The notes under the pieces are model-generated. The model saw nothing but the letters and a program-made list of their open reading frames with translations. It had not been told where the DNA came from and ran no database searches. A program made the position numbers and the translations under genes. A stretch of DNA of 64,000 bases from Paragordius varius (taxonomy: Eukaryota; Animalia; Nematomorpha), in the NCBI GenBank assembly GCA_964247055.1, contig OZ176058.1, positions 1,612,001 through 1,676,000 of the forward strand, given 5' to 3'. The stretch's first letter is position 1. Every line of letters starts with the position of its first letter. Positions 40,958-54,723 of this stretch are shown here, in pieces.

Positions 40958-43341
40958 CAAAAAATCAAAATAAGCGTACTTTAAACGTCTTATTTACTGT
41001 TTCAAGTTATGTTATGGATTGAAAAATGAAGTTAAATTTTATTTAAACGTGCCACAATTAAAAAAGGGTAAATTTAAAAAAAAATTGATTATATTGAATT
41101 TATTTAACTATAAAATGTTCTAATATAATATAAATAATGACCTCATTGGGATTCATGGATATAAAATTTATGAAAGTTATTTCCGGAAAAAAACAAATGA
41201 ATGCCTTTTTTGCTTTTCTGTTAGTTCAACATTTCAGTTTATATTTTATTGGCATGTTTATATTTTTTATTTGTTGAAAAAAACTTTCGTATATTAAAAA
41301 ACAAAATATCATGATTCATATAATCACGTACAATACATAATAAATAAATTTGCATGTTTAAAAGTAATTCTTATTTATTAATAATATATATCAAATTAAT
41401 ATTATTTTATTATTTTTTATAAATATAGTTGATTTATTCCTAAAATTAAAATTTACATTTTTTAATTAATATTAACATTAAATTTTTCCATTTTGTTATG
41501 TATAAAAAATGGTATGGAGCTTGCACGTCTCTTAATTTTCATTGTTTTGATATTTTTTTAGAACTAAGTTTCGTTTTTTCTAAATAAATCAAAAAGTAGT
41601 AGAGACTTTTAAAAATTTTAAAATGTTACATAAATTTTAAAATATAATTTGTAATATCCTCCGAAAAATAAATAATAAGCTAATTCAAAAAATTATAGGG
41701 TTACAAAAACAGGCATTTTTGATGGTTTTTGAATTTTTAAAACCTTTTAGCGGCTCGCGAAAAAGAGCTAAGAAAATAAATATATCATTATTTTCAGATA
41801 AAAATTCTCTATAAGATGTCGTAATTTTCACTCTGGTCTAAAAATCGTGTTACACAGTGTTATTATATTGTCAAAATTTTAAGATATCGAATAAATATGA
41901 CTCCTTAAAAATGATGATTATTGTGTTATTTTGTATAATTTATATGAAAGTACAAATATGAAATAATTTTATTTTTATTTTTTGACAGTTCAATATCTTT
42001 TCACTTTTTTGTCCTTTATACCTTTCGGGGAAATTACACCAATTACTTTTAAAATTAAATTTATAATAAGTCTTTGTTAAGCCAAATTAATGAACCCTTA
42101 CCCTTTTAGATATACGATACAAAAAAATAAAAAAATTAAATTTTAACATATCCTCTCATACTTTTGTGTAGCCACTATTTTTCTTTAAATTTTTAAAATC
42201 GCTTATGCAACAGGTTAATAATATTTACATTTAAAAATATAAATAATTGAATTTAAAACGCTTTTCTTCGAAAATTCGAATTATTTATTGTCTTCATTTG
42301 TTTTTCTAATAGACTAATCACTCCGTATATTAAAATTGAAAATGAAAGATACAGTAAATATGAAATTATACAGACAGAAGAAAACATAAAAACATTAGAA
42401 TATTATTTTCCTATTTTTTTATCCATAACTTAGCTTATTTAAACCATTTTTTTGGTAAGTTTAAGTAAAAGTTTATTAATGGCCTACATTATTTACAAAA
42501 GATAAAAATAAAAAATTAAGTTTTATCTTTGCGTAAAGATCATTGTGTAAGGCATCTTTTCAATCAAAATTATGTTTTTATTGAATAATTTTCTAGAATA
42601 TGCCTCAAACATTTCTTTCCATAATACGATCATAGTCGGGGAAATGATGCCTAACTTAACTCCATGCAAAATTCGTTTTACACAAATCTTTTGTCATCCG
42701 AAATATAGTACTCTTCTACGCACGGTCAGAATGCATAAAAATCAATAATGTTTCAAAAATCCCATAAGATGAAATTTGAACCTATTTTATATTAAATTCT
42801 TTTATATTTACCAAAAAACATAATTAGCAAAGTGCAAAATTTGAATAATAATTTTTTGAAAAGCTTGTCGGCCCATTAAAATTCAATAATGATTATTTTA
42901 ATTTATGGATAAGAATCAAGCTTAATCGCTTTCTAACTAGGATCTGAATAAATATATATAATTCTAACGGTTGTCTTAGTATTTTGTATTTACCTAAGGG
43001 CACCAAATTAATTAAACTAATGCAAAAACTCTTGATATGGGAATCAAATATTTAACATATCTTTTCGTTTTTCCACTTTATATACTCATTTAAATGCTTA
43101 TTAATTAATATAAACACTGATAAGCCAATATTTTGAAAGAGAATCTAATAAGAATATATAAACTTTGATGATTTTTTGTTGATTATGGATTGATAAGCTA
43201 CACTGCTCAACAAGGTTTTGCACCACCCCTTTTTAAATATTCTGCTGCCTAATGACATGGAAAGGCCAATAAATATTAAGGCCGCCCATAGGATTTTTTT
43301 AAATTTTAATTTTTGATTTTGTATTTAATTTAAAAACAATT

Positions 43342-43728
43342 ATGCCTCGTGTACATATATTAAAATATATAAACGAGAAAGTCGATAGAAGTGGTATTCC
43401 ACAGCCAGTATTTTCATTATAATTCTAGAGCGAAACTGCAAAAATGTCCAAATATACCAGCCCCAGTATACGATACCACAATGATTTTTTTATTAACAAA
43501 GACTCTGCAGAATATGTTATTGATATTAATTTAAAACTCTTATCTAAAAATTCCGTCGATTTTTATATTAAAAAATATAGACTGCCCAAATTAGGTGTGG
43601 AAGGTTTGTTATCTCTTTGCACGAGAACTACGTCTTATCGGGCGGACTTCTTGTTATTCGACATAGAAATAGACAATATACAAATAATCATTCAATTATT
43701 GAATATATTAATTAAAACTATGTATTAA
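43342..43728 (+). CDS. Hypothetical protein of about 121 aa (exons 43342-43407 and 43429-43728); possibly a Tc1-like N-terminal DNA-binding fragment
   Basis: ATG CCT CGT... joins the track ORF in frame through a 21-nt GT-AG intron that contains an in-frame TAA. It lies about 140 bp after a TIR-like TA|CACTGCTCAACAAGG at about 43200. Confidence 0.4.
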
Positions 43729-45089
43729 ATTAGGATAAGATAAATAATATAGAATTGAAATAAATTAAAAAAGAGCCAAAATATAAAACAAAAATAATTT
43801 AAATTTTATTCATACATGTCATGATTCCCGATTTATATCCTTTTAGCATTTTTTTTATATCACTTATATTTTTATTTATCACAAAATAAACAAATATAAA
43901 TTAAGGATAATCCATGACAGTAATTGCATGATAGATACAAAGATATACGTGTAAACTAATAGATATGTTGTTTATATCATATACAAAAATATAAGTAAAT
44001 ATACGTATAAACTAAGAAACGTTATTTTAATTATGATACAAATATATAAGTATAGACTGTGAAAATATTATCATTACTACAGTTTTTATCATACATACAA
44101 AAATACTACTAGTTTGAATAGGTAACAAGCATGAAAATAGCTATGGAGTCTAAAATAAGTATATTCTGCAATAAAATTCCCCATAGAAATTAAATTTTTG
44201 GCAAATTATTTTCAAACCAAAATATTAATATAAGATTACAAATTAGTATATTAACATATTACATGACGATTTTCATAATATACATATTAAGTACTTTTTT
44301 CCGGCATCTTTTTGAAAATAATATTAATTAAAATTCGTTTTATAATATTTATATTATACCATTTTTTTATTAATTTTTACAGTTATGTTTGTAAATTCTG
44401 AAGTGAAAATTGATAATTTTATAATATTTCCTTAATATACCCAGTTTATACATAAAATATCCTGAGGAAATATCAGGATTATCTTGTTTTTTTTGGATTT
44501 TGTACATTAAGAGTGATTTAATTAAGTTATTTAAACTTTTGTCGTAAGTCAAAATAAAGGAAACGCCCATTTTTTAATAATTGATGCCTAAATGCATTCC
44601 AAAAGATATCACAGATATTAATAAACTACTTATATAAAGTATAATAGTGTTTTTTATTTTAGATGCTCTGAAAGTCTCATTTCGCTCTTCTAAAACGGGC
44701 TAGTCATAAAATAAACGATAAACAAGATCCCGCGATGAAAATTAAATATAAGCTCAAAAAATATTTTTAAAATTATATAATTTTTACAAAAATTCAATTA
44801 TTGGCAAATTTCTGTTGAAGCGTACTTCATATTTTGAGGCAAGCATAAAAACGTTTCTAGTTATAAAAACACATTTCTACATATTTCGATGATTCTAAAC
44901 ATTTATATCATATCAAAATTTTGTAATATCTGTTTGTCTTCAAATGTATGTAAAATATAATTTGTCTTTATACAAAATCACCTAATTTTCTAGGCAAACG
45001 AACCTTTAAATCAAAATTTATAGAATAGAAGTGTTTTTATAATATCTTAAAGCGTATTTAAACTGTCTTTTTAAAATGTATGCATTATA

Positions 45090-45362
45090 CAATAAAAAGG
45101 AATTCATACGGACAAACGTAAAAATAAAGACAAATATTTTTTCTAAAGACAACCATACTTATAATCTTGATTTATTTCAATATAACTCATTGTTTTAAAT
45201 TACAGAGTATGAAAAAAGATATATATTACTAACACAATCATTTTACAATTGTTAAATAGCCTAATGATGAAAAATAAGGTTTTGAAAAGTATGGTTGTCT
45301 CTTAGGTAAAAATATTTGTCTTTATATTTTTCGTTTAGTCCGTATAATTTCAGTTTTTACTG
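45090..45362. mobile_element. TA-flanked palindromic MITE (same family as 19790-20004)
   Basis: atacggacaaacgtaaaaataaagacaaatattttt is inverted as aaaaatatttgtctttatatttttcgtttagtccgtat; right end ...TTTTACTG|TA. Confidence 0.8.
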
Positions 45363-46575
45363 TATATTTTTAGGTGATACCAAAATTTTTAACCTTTTAT
45401 CCGCAATATCTGTATTTTTGCGTTTTAAAGAAAACTAACCCATTTCAGTCAAAAAATTGCGACTTTTAAAGCCTACATCTAAATATTTTAATTATACAAA
45501 AATATTATTTTGCTTTTATATATAGTTTATAATATATTTAAGTGATATTTTTGATTAAATATTTAGCCTTCACCAAAAAATTTTTTAATAAAAAGGGCTC
45601 AAATTTTGCCATTTTATATGGGCCGAAACCAAAAACATTATAATCGACTTCTTAGCATACTCTATGTATTTTATCAGGATATTTTTAGCAATTTCCACAC
45701 TGTGCATAATTAATTACAAGTATTTTATATATTTTTATTAAAAACAATATAGAAGACTATATGAAGGTAAAGAAAAGTTAACACGTAGTAGATCAATGTT
45801 TGTTTGCATAGTTTTAGCGAAATATAAATTGTGATTTACCAAAGCTTTCGTTCCTTTATCAAGTCGAATCGCAATTTTTCTGATATTTTATATATTATTT
45901 TCAAATAGATGCAAAAATAATTTTTATGTTCCAAAAAATTTAACTCGTATTATTCTACTTTTGTTGAAATATATATCCAGCAAAGAGGGCTTAAGGCTGT
46001 AAGAACGATTTTGTTAAAATTTAGTATATTTTTAGACCGATAACTTGCTGCAGAGCGGCCCACGCCTCAAACGTTACGATTTGAAGCATTCAATAAATTA
46101 ATAAGTGCCAGAGTATCCTTATTTAAAAATGGGTTAATTGATAACAGGTTTAAGAAACCATATAAATATTCATTAAACCATTACGTTATAAAAGTTTCAA
46201 TGTGCAGAAACTTAAAAATGAAAATTAACCTTAGAAATGAATGCTTAATGCATGGTAATATAAATTTGCGACCATCCGACCTATGTACATATGTTGCATG
46301 CGAGACATAAATTAAATTTATCTGCGTTAAGGAGCATAGATATGACCTTGATTATACAGAGTGATAAGAATTTACTAAATTTTTATTTAATGTATATATT
46401 CTGACACTATTAACGAAATAAATAATAAATTAATAGTTTTGAACTTCCTTTGTGTAATCATGATTGCTTATGACCATACACTCTAATCAAGCAAACCCAA
46501 TGTTTAAGGCAAAAATTCCACTATAGTTAAAATATAATTATAATAACAATCAAAATTATTACATATGATAGCTTA

Positions 46576-46745
46576 CAGCGATATTCAAACCGCGGCCCTA
46601 AAAGTGCTTTTTACGGCTGTAAATCATTTATTACATTTTATTATGCACTTCTTTGGAGTTAAAATATCTGAGTGAACTGAAAACTGCTATGAAAAATTTA
46701 TCTGGCCCTTGAGACAACCTTTAAATACTTTTGGTGCGCCTTAAA
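46576..46745. mobile_element. Short deletion derivative related to the termini of the 23967-26254 hAT
   Basis: cagcgatattcaaaccgcggccc resembles the right end of that hAT (reverse complement); caccaaaagtattt and caagggcc resemble its left end. Confidence 0.5.
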
Positions 46746-47119
46746 CAAATAATTTCATTATTTATTTTCTGTTTTTACCGTATTTATCCATATTTGTTAT
46801 TTTTATTTTACAATATTAGTTTGCGACTTTACTTAGATATAAAGAGATTCAATACATTATATTTGTTTGAGTTAATATAAATGGCAAAAAACGCGTATAT
46901 ATAATCCTTAAAATCAATAGTTAATTTATTTAATAAATTTATATTCGTTTATTGTGATATTTGTCAAGATTAAGAAAAAAAATTTAAAAAATATAATATA
47001 GTAAAAATGATTATGTGGTAAAGATATTTATAGCTAGTGAACAAAACTAGTAGAAAAACTGAACTAGTTGTAAAAATGATGGACACAATTATTTATTGTA
47101 AAAAAATTATTTAAGGTTG

Positions 47120-47420
47120 TTTTTCCAGATGTTCGACACCATACCGTCGGCTCGGTTGAGATTTGCATTCCGTTTTTTTTAAATATCTTCAAGCATAAAT
47201 CATTTTGAACGATCTTCAATATTAACCGAATTTCTGTTTTAGCTATGCAATGATGACCTTGAAAACAAATGTGTTTAGCAAGACCGGAATCAAATTTTTA
47301 GAGGGTGATTGTACATGCTAACCTTTGATCTATGATGCGGACCGTTTCTCCCACATCACCATCATATAAGCTGGTTACTTTAAAAGCAACCTGGTCTTTT
47401 TCATAGGGGATAGAGTCTTA
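47120..47420 (-). pseudogene. Penelope-like element GIY-YIG endonuclease relic
   Basis: Across frameshifts: VAFKVTSLYDGDVGETVRIIDQRL, DSGLAKHICFQGH and NLNRADGMVSNIW, in the order seen in PLE endonucleases. Confidence 0.7.
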
Positions 47421-49016
47421 TATTTTATGCGATTGATAAGTTTCGTTAAATCAATAAATGATTTATTTTTTGGTTCAATTTTTATATATGATAGAGAGGC
47501 AGTTGCAATGGATCAAGCAAAAAAATTTAATTAAACTTATTTATATATGTTTAAAAACCAGGTATTTAATATTAATTTATAAGATGTAGCTCTTTTCTAT
47601 ATATGTTATAAAAAGATCTGCGAGATTGCTTACATACTTTTATTTAAGCAAGCGTAACAACCTTATTTAATAAATATATAGATGGCAGTTTTTTATACAT
47701 AAATACCACTTCTTTTTAAAATTTGAAATCAAACTTTTTTTTGAAAGAATCTTAACATATTTATATTTTAACAGCGAAAATAGAATATTGGATCTTCGAT
47801 TTACAAATAATATCATTTGGTAATCAACACTTGGTTACGGCATATTTATTTCAGTCCTTCGATTCAAATTGGGTCTTTAGAAACCTAAGGCCTGTTTAAA
47901 CTGAATTTTTTTGATAAATTTGTAACAAAACAAAATTATGGCAAATGTTTCCACTGATAAAATCTTGATACACCCAAATTTTAAAAACGATTTATTTGAA
48001 AAAGATTTGATACACATATCTGATGGATAAAACTCAAAGTGAATAGTTAGCATGACATGCGTGTATTAGCGCAATATATAAATAATGTAATATAAATTAC
48101 ATTTTCGGTTTATATCAGTGTTAGATATGATTTAAATATAAAATTAACGTAATTTTAGCGTTAAAATCAAATAGGCACGATATTTTGCAAAAATATTGTT
48201 AAATAAATGGCTTCAAAGTAGTTTGATATGGAAGTTTTTTCCAAAACCAAATTTTTAAATTATGGTTTATATATTTTATATTAGGTAGAAAGCATAATTT
48301 TAAATTGGAACCGTTTCTTTCAGTTTTGAAATACCAAATCAAATACTCAGGTCCCTAGATACAGCAATTTAAATCGACATATCCCCCTTCTGCGCATTTT
48401 TTTATGTTAAATTTATTATAACTAATTTTTGGATATTAATTGTGACAATAAATTATATTCACGTCTCTACTCCCGTTTCAAAACTCTGAACGACTAATAT
48501 TTAAGAAAAAATTAAAAATAATTTTTTTGAAAACAAATTTGTCTCTTAGTTTTTAACCTTATCAATTTTTATTATTATCGGTTGAAAACAGTTGCACATT
48601 TTCCACTAGTTAGCTAACACAATGCTTATATGAACTATATGATGCATATATATTCTATTTAAAAGTGTTTGTTTTTATTAGGGCTTTTATTTTTAGAGAT
48701 TAGGACTATAAAAAATTACCAGTTTTGAAGTAATTGCTTTATATGGAAAAAATGAAATATTTGAAAAAGGCGTTTCTAACACTTCATAAAATATAGCTTA
48801 AAAATATAATCAAACCAAATTACATTAAATTGTAAATTTGAAATCCTCTGTAAGACCGAAAATTTTGAAACACTCTCTCAGTTTGTATTTTGTAAACAAG
48901 AAAGATAGAAATGTTTACCATTGAAGTATGTAAATGCGTTTTTGAATTATTTTAAAGAAAGATATTTTACGTTTCTATCAACTTAAGCATACTAAAAATT
49001 CCTTAAATTAAATTTA

Positions 49017-51042
49017 CAGGGGCGTACCGAGGGGAGGCAAGGGGGTGCATCATGCCCCGGGCGCCGTTATTTAGGGGCGCCTAAATGATTTTTTAAAATT
49101 AAATTTTAATTTTAATAATAAGAACTTTCAAATGAGATTTTTCAGCAATTTAGGTAATAATCCCTATAATACAGGGCTTCGTAAACTTTTGTAACTTCCG
49201 ACCCCATTTATGATTGCGAGTTTTTTAACAACCCCAACAATTATGAAAGAAAAATAAATTAATATTTTTTGATGATATATCTATTGGGTAACAATATACA
49301 TATGCATATAAAAATATATAAATTTAGATTCCGTTTGGAAACGTATAAAAATTTAAAATTTAAATTTGCACAAATGTTATAGAAATGTTATATTATGGTT
49401 TCAAAAACAAAAGTGGATTCTGACCGTCTTGATTCTTTTGAATATATCCAAGTAGGTGTTAAATAAATTAAAGCTTACGTTAAAAATTTAATGATGGATG
49501 TGCCTGTTTTTTATTGCATAACAAATCAAATATTGGTGTAATGTTGGAAACTGCTGGACGTAAGACCTATTCAACATTTTTTATTGAACGATATTGGAAT
49601 TTAATGTATGTTTAAGCTGAGAAAGTAACTTCACATAAATATGTGGTGTTAGGCAGAAGTGCATTTAACGCCATATCAGCGATTGTGGAAAATTCAGTTC
49701 CAGTTCCGTTCTAAAATTCAGTCAAGGGCCTTTTTTGGAATTGTTTTAGAGTCACACGAAAGCTCAGCAAAATCCTCTTGAGCTTTAAGTGGCAGATGAT
49801 CAATCTCACTTAAGCCAATCCAAAACGGCTTTCGAATCCAAACTATTTTTCTAAATTAATATTTAATATAAAATATGTCCGGAACTGTAGTTCTAGCGCT
49901 TTTAAGTGATCTACAATAGTTTTTGCAATAAAAGTTTTGCAATGTTCTAAATTACAAAATTGTCGACACTGGAAAACATTTCGAACGAATTTTTTCGACC
50001 CTACTTTTCCAAAAGCTGATCTTTTTAATAAAACTTTCAATATCGTTTGAAAAAAATATATTGCAATTTTTTCCTTGAAGAGACAAGTTAAGATCGTTTG
50101 ACTTCGCAAAAATATCTGACAAATAGCACAGCTTAGATAGCCACAAGTCAATTTAAAAAAGGAGCAAATTCACATTTTCGTTCAGTTAAAATTTCGATCT
50201 CGTCCTTTAATAATAATCATTTAAGACTTTGACCTCTTGACAACCATCTTACTTCTGCATGTAATAACAAAGTTGTGTAGTTAAAATCCGTATCCTTACA
50301 GTTTCAGAATGAGCGACTGTTAAGGGCATGGCTCTTAATAAAATTTATGACTTTAACAGCATCCTGACGAACATCGTTCAATTCTAGTGCTATTTTTGCT
50401 GCAAGAGTTTCTCGGTGAATAAGGCAATAAGTAAAAGTTATATGATCATAAGCAGCTTGAAACATGATTTAAAACCAATATTTTTGCCCGTCTTCGCTCT
50501 TGCACCATCTGTGCATATTCCACAGCTATTTTTCCTTTCTGAACCTTCTGCTTTTAAAAATTCGTCATATATAACTGACAAATTCTGAATAACATGCACT
50601 TAGTTCACAATCATACAATGGCTAAATGAAAATAACACGAAATAATAATATAGTTCCTTCGAAATAACATTTAAAATTTTGTAGATATTTATCAGGATTA
50701 TTTTGGTTTTGAATTGACAAAATAAATCTACATTTTATATATTTGTATAACATTTTCTGATATAGTAAATTCGTACAATATTATAATGATCTGAATTGAA
50801 ATGCTGGTAGACAGTTTTTCGGAACCAGACGATTTTATATATTTATCTACGATGAATGTTATTTCTTGATAACAATAATTTTACAAGTTAAAAAACGTTT
50901 TTTGTTTAGTTGTATTTTTATCACTCGCGACCCCATAATTTTGCTACGCGACCGCAAATGAGGTCGCGACCCATAGTTTAAGAAGCCCTACTATAATATA
51001 TACTCTATTATTCAACTAATTACATTGAATAAATGTAGTATC

Positions 51043-51081
<39 letters not shown>

Positions 51082-51211
51082 GATTTAAAATTTATATGAC
51101 TGTGCTTTGTATTTTTTTTACTAAATTGTTTTATTGGCTTTTAAAAAAAGGAGGGAGGGGCGCCATAAAAGGTTTATGCCCCGGGCGCCGCAAATGCTCG
51201 GTACGCCACTG
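49017..51211. mobile_element. hAT MITE (about 370 bp of its own sequence) carrying a nested hAT
   Basis: CAGGGGCGTACCGAG / CTCGGTACGCCACTG TIRs with a perfect 8-bp TSD TAAATTTA. Confidence 0.92.
49172..50990 (-). mobile_element. Buster/Charlie-type hAT (ZBED5/FAM200-like transposase), internally deleted
   Basis: CAGGGCTTCGTAAACT / AGTTTAAGAAGCCCTA TIRs with 8-bp TSD CTATAATA. Motifs GICTDGA, CLIHRETLAAK, HAEVRWLSRG, WLSKLCYLSDIF and TTYLCEVTFS...QAHPS. Confidence 0.95.
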
Positions 51212-53387
51212 TAAATTTATTAAAATTTTACAAAAAATATTTTATTTCGAGCACAGCATAGCACAAATGAAATCGCGGGCAGCATTTTTAACTCACATAA
51301 TTAACTCAATTATTTAATAAACGCATCGAACTGTAAGATATGAGCACAATAAAATTATTATCTATTGTACTAGCTTTCTGTTGCCAAAAACAGACTGGGG
51401 TTATCGACTTAATATCAGATCAAAGGAATGTGGTATATATAATTATTTAACAGTCCTAAATTAAGCCTTTAAACAAACAATATAAAATTGTAGCAATCAT
51501 AATTTTCTTAAATCACAAAGATTTGTAATTAATTTTTTAAAATATAAATTTGCAACTTTATATGTTATTTTAATGAAAAAATTCAGATAGTCAGCACGAA
51601 CCCCCTGCCACCCGCGCACCTATATAGATTTAAAAAATCTTAACTAGCATTCTTAACTATTTTGCTATTATAAGAAAAGCCCATAGTGAATCATAAAAAT
51701 AGGAGATTTAAAGTGCTTAATGCAATTTTGTTTGCGTCCAATTTCCACCCAAATTTTTAAAATATTTTTATAGAATAAAGTTTATACCGTATACTAAAAT
51801 TTTTTTGCAGCATAATATGTTGTTATTTTTAAGATGAAAATGTAAATATCTGAGTGGTGAGTCTTAAAGTTATAAGCGTCACATGAAAAGGAAATTTATA
51901 AGACATGATTGAATATAGATGAGAAATTGAAATTATACAGACAAAATTTAATAACGAAAAGACATTTTTTATCAACAACCATACAATTTAAATTGATTTT
52001 TAGTATATGGATGAATTAATATTGTTAAATCATACTCAGTTAAATAATATAAAACTGTGATCATAGTTTACATGGGTAAATCTAGGTTCAAAAATATTTG
52101 TCTCTTTAAAATTATACTTTTGTCAATAAATTCATTTTCCCTATATACATACCGAGTAACTTGCCATATTAAAAAGAATCACATCAATTTAAATCAAATC
52201 GTGATAAGACTTGTAATTAGAATGTAAATTCCATGAAATATAATCCGATTGGCCAATTCAAAATTGATAGTCCCATACCGGTGGTACCCAACACAAATAG
52301 TTTTCGTGTGCCGCATTTTTAAATTTAAAAACCTGCGGGTTGCTTTCAAAAATTATATTTTATTAGATTTAAAAGCTATTCTGTAAATTACCAGAGCATA
52401 ACTTTGATGAATTCAAAATTTTAATAGCATATTTAAGCATATTAAGAAATTTCATATTATTCAGTAATTTTTAAATATTCTGCGGAATTTACAAAATATC
52501 TTGAAGAGCTCAATGTTCACAGCTCTGTCCTGAACCTCGACCTAACTTTATAACATAATATTCTTAAATAAACTATTAGCACTTTTTATGCGAAGCATTC
52601 TGAAAATGGAAAAATCAAACCAATTTTCACAAACACATTTAGCCTTATTACTTATCATGCATTGTTAATTAATAAAAAATCGACTATAAAATTATTTTAC
52701 AAAGTTATAAGCCTATTTTGAGAAAACTGTAGCTCGTTGATTAACATTTATCTCGAGATATGTTTATTCATACACACAAGGTCCACAAAAAAATCCAAAT
52801 ATATATATATATTTTATAATAAATGTAATCAAGATTGTCGATGCAATTTCGCATTTGCCACTTATGTGTATGATAAGAAAGTGACAACGTTTTTAGGATT
52901 TTATAAAACGGCAAAATTCGCACATGTTTTTATTTTACTAAATAAAATTTAATTGATAAAAGCTGTAATACATTCCAATGATATCGAAAATATATTATAA
53001 AAAAACATTGAATGTTAAATATATGCTAATTGTGACATCAGTTGGGTTTTATAACAAAATTTAGCTAACCGAGTGTACCCAATTTTGAATCATCTTGGAA
53101 TAAAAACACTTCAAGATTTTACATTATAACTTTTCTATATGGATGACTGACCTTTGTCACTTAGGATGATTAACTCGTTTCAACAATTATTCTTAAAGTT
53201 GTTATGTTTAAAATGATCTTATCTGATAAACCCATTTTCTAAACAAAAATTTAAAATTATATGAAACCATTCCACCCAAGTTAAAAATTTGATGCAAAGA
53301 AATATTTTAGCCATATTTGGTCTAAAAGCGGTACAATTTTAACTCTTACGGGTAAAAGTTTAAAAATAATACAATATTGTTTTGATT

Positions 53388-53390
<3 letters not shown>

Positions 53391-53436
<46 letters not shown>
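53391..53436. repeat. (AT)23 microsatellite; shorter (AT)n tracts at about 9688, 12830, 51050 and 58585
   Basis: Directly visible. Confidence 0.98.
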
Positions 53437-53439
<3 letters not shown>

Positions 53440-54723
53440 AAACATTTTGATTAGATGCCCTTGACTTTTATCAAAAATTCAAAATTAATACACCTAATTG
53501 AGCAATTAGAATATACGTGGAATTTTCAAATTACTCATATGAGCCAATATTATAAATAATTATATGTATATAACAGGATATTTTCCCTCTAATATTCTTA
53601 AATGATATAACTTTAGTCCCGGCCCTCTGTAACTTTATTGGGGCCCGCGGAATAAATTTATTTTTTAACAATTTAACTAAGAATAATTAACCAAAGGAAT
53701 CGAAATGATGGCTTTTCTTAGGGACTAATTTAAAAAGTTAATGAAATTACCAAACAGGTTGCAAAAAAATAAATAGTTTTATAAAATTGTTTCTAAATAT
53801 CGTGTATGTTATATTTTTCCAATCTTGTAGGCATATATGTAAATTGAAAATAATATTACTATCCAAAGCTAGTATATATATCTATATAAATCTAATTGAA
53901 TCTAGAAAAGTATCACTGATAATATGAGAGAAACCAATATTTGATCAAAAAGCTAGAATCAGCCAAGCCATTCTGTTATATACCATTTTTTAATTAAAAA
54001 ATGCAGAACAACTTTATATTCTCTAAGGGAATCGAAGTTAGGATTGGGTGAAACTTTAGCCAAAGACAATCATACGACAGTAATGTTAAGGTTTCGCAAA
54101 AAACACATATGGATTAATATTTTTTAGAAAACTTAGACATATCATTTTCAAAAGTAACATGTTTTTCAACAAAACCCAACAGTTTTAAGGGACTTTTTTC
54201 GAGGATAGACTACTGAAAAATGTTGCCTTTGACTAAAAATGGTATAAAATAAAATTATTTTGTGGATGTGCCTATAAGTTATAAATAATGGCCAAATAAA
54301 ACGGAGAAAGAGTTTATAGTAAACTAATAAGAAAAGTATTTATATTAAGCTTATATTATATTTAGAATTTTATATTTAAATATCCATTTTAATATAATTA
54401 TAACAAAACAAAAAACAGTTTATATTGAGTGCTATATATAGATATAAATATAAACTTTGATCAGTGCTATAATAAAAATAGCCAAAAAATGCGATTTAAA
54501 AATATGAACTATTTACCTTAATATCAAGGATATTTATATTCTATTACTTATTGGTGTGTGGTTTTACATACCGATATAAATTTAGTTATTTATAGCAAAA
54601 ATGATATTTTTAAATTTGACCCTAGTTGTAGTACAATAAATTTAAAATATATATAAGCCTCGAAAATGAAAATAAAAAAATTAAAAATTTCAATTTGAAA
54701 ATTTTTCAATAAACCATATCATT

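Larger units (their letters stand above)
35523..41859 (-). mobile_element. Chapaev3 (CMC superfamily) DNA transposon with long TIRs and a nested Tc1-like insertion
   Basis: CACTGT... / ...CACAGTG termini with a 3-bp TTA TSD on both sides (TWA is typical of Chapaev3). TIRs of about 360 bp, the left one split by the 35710-38456 insertion. Confidence 0.92.
20440..43190 (+). repeat. Array of diverged local segmental duplicates (units about 20440-27730, 27730-30400, and 31700-35520 continuing at 41860-43190)
   Basis: Colinear shared blocks (ctaatactagataaatggag; caacacaaatatttt.gcggctgc; aatagcc/gcttttcgcaaaag), interrupted by different TE insertions in each unit. Confidence 0.8.

Noticed and set aside
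41853-41859. CACAGTG, identical to the V(D)J RSS heptamer, at a transposon end
   Set aside because: Read inward from the end it is CACTGTG, the normal Chapaev3 terminus. There is no nonamer and the protein is not Transib/RAG1-like.
44370-44570. ORF with FILTYDKSLNN...NPDIS, reminiscent of the Penelope RT C-terminal region
   Set aside because: Only a short weak match with no adjacent RT or GIY-YIG blocks, and it is on the wrong side to belong to the 47120-47420 relic.
53040-53170. Minus-strand QRSVI...FLFQDDSKLG, similar to LINE RT QGSVL/FADDTKL
   Set aside because: The spacing is too short and the match too degenerate to call without a search.
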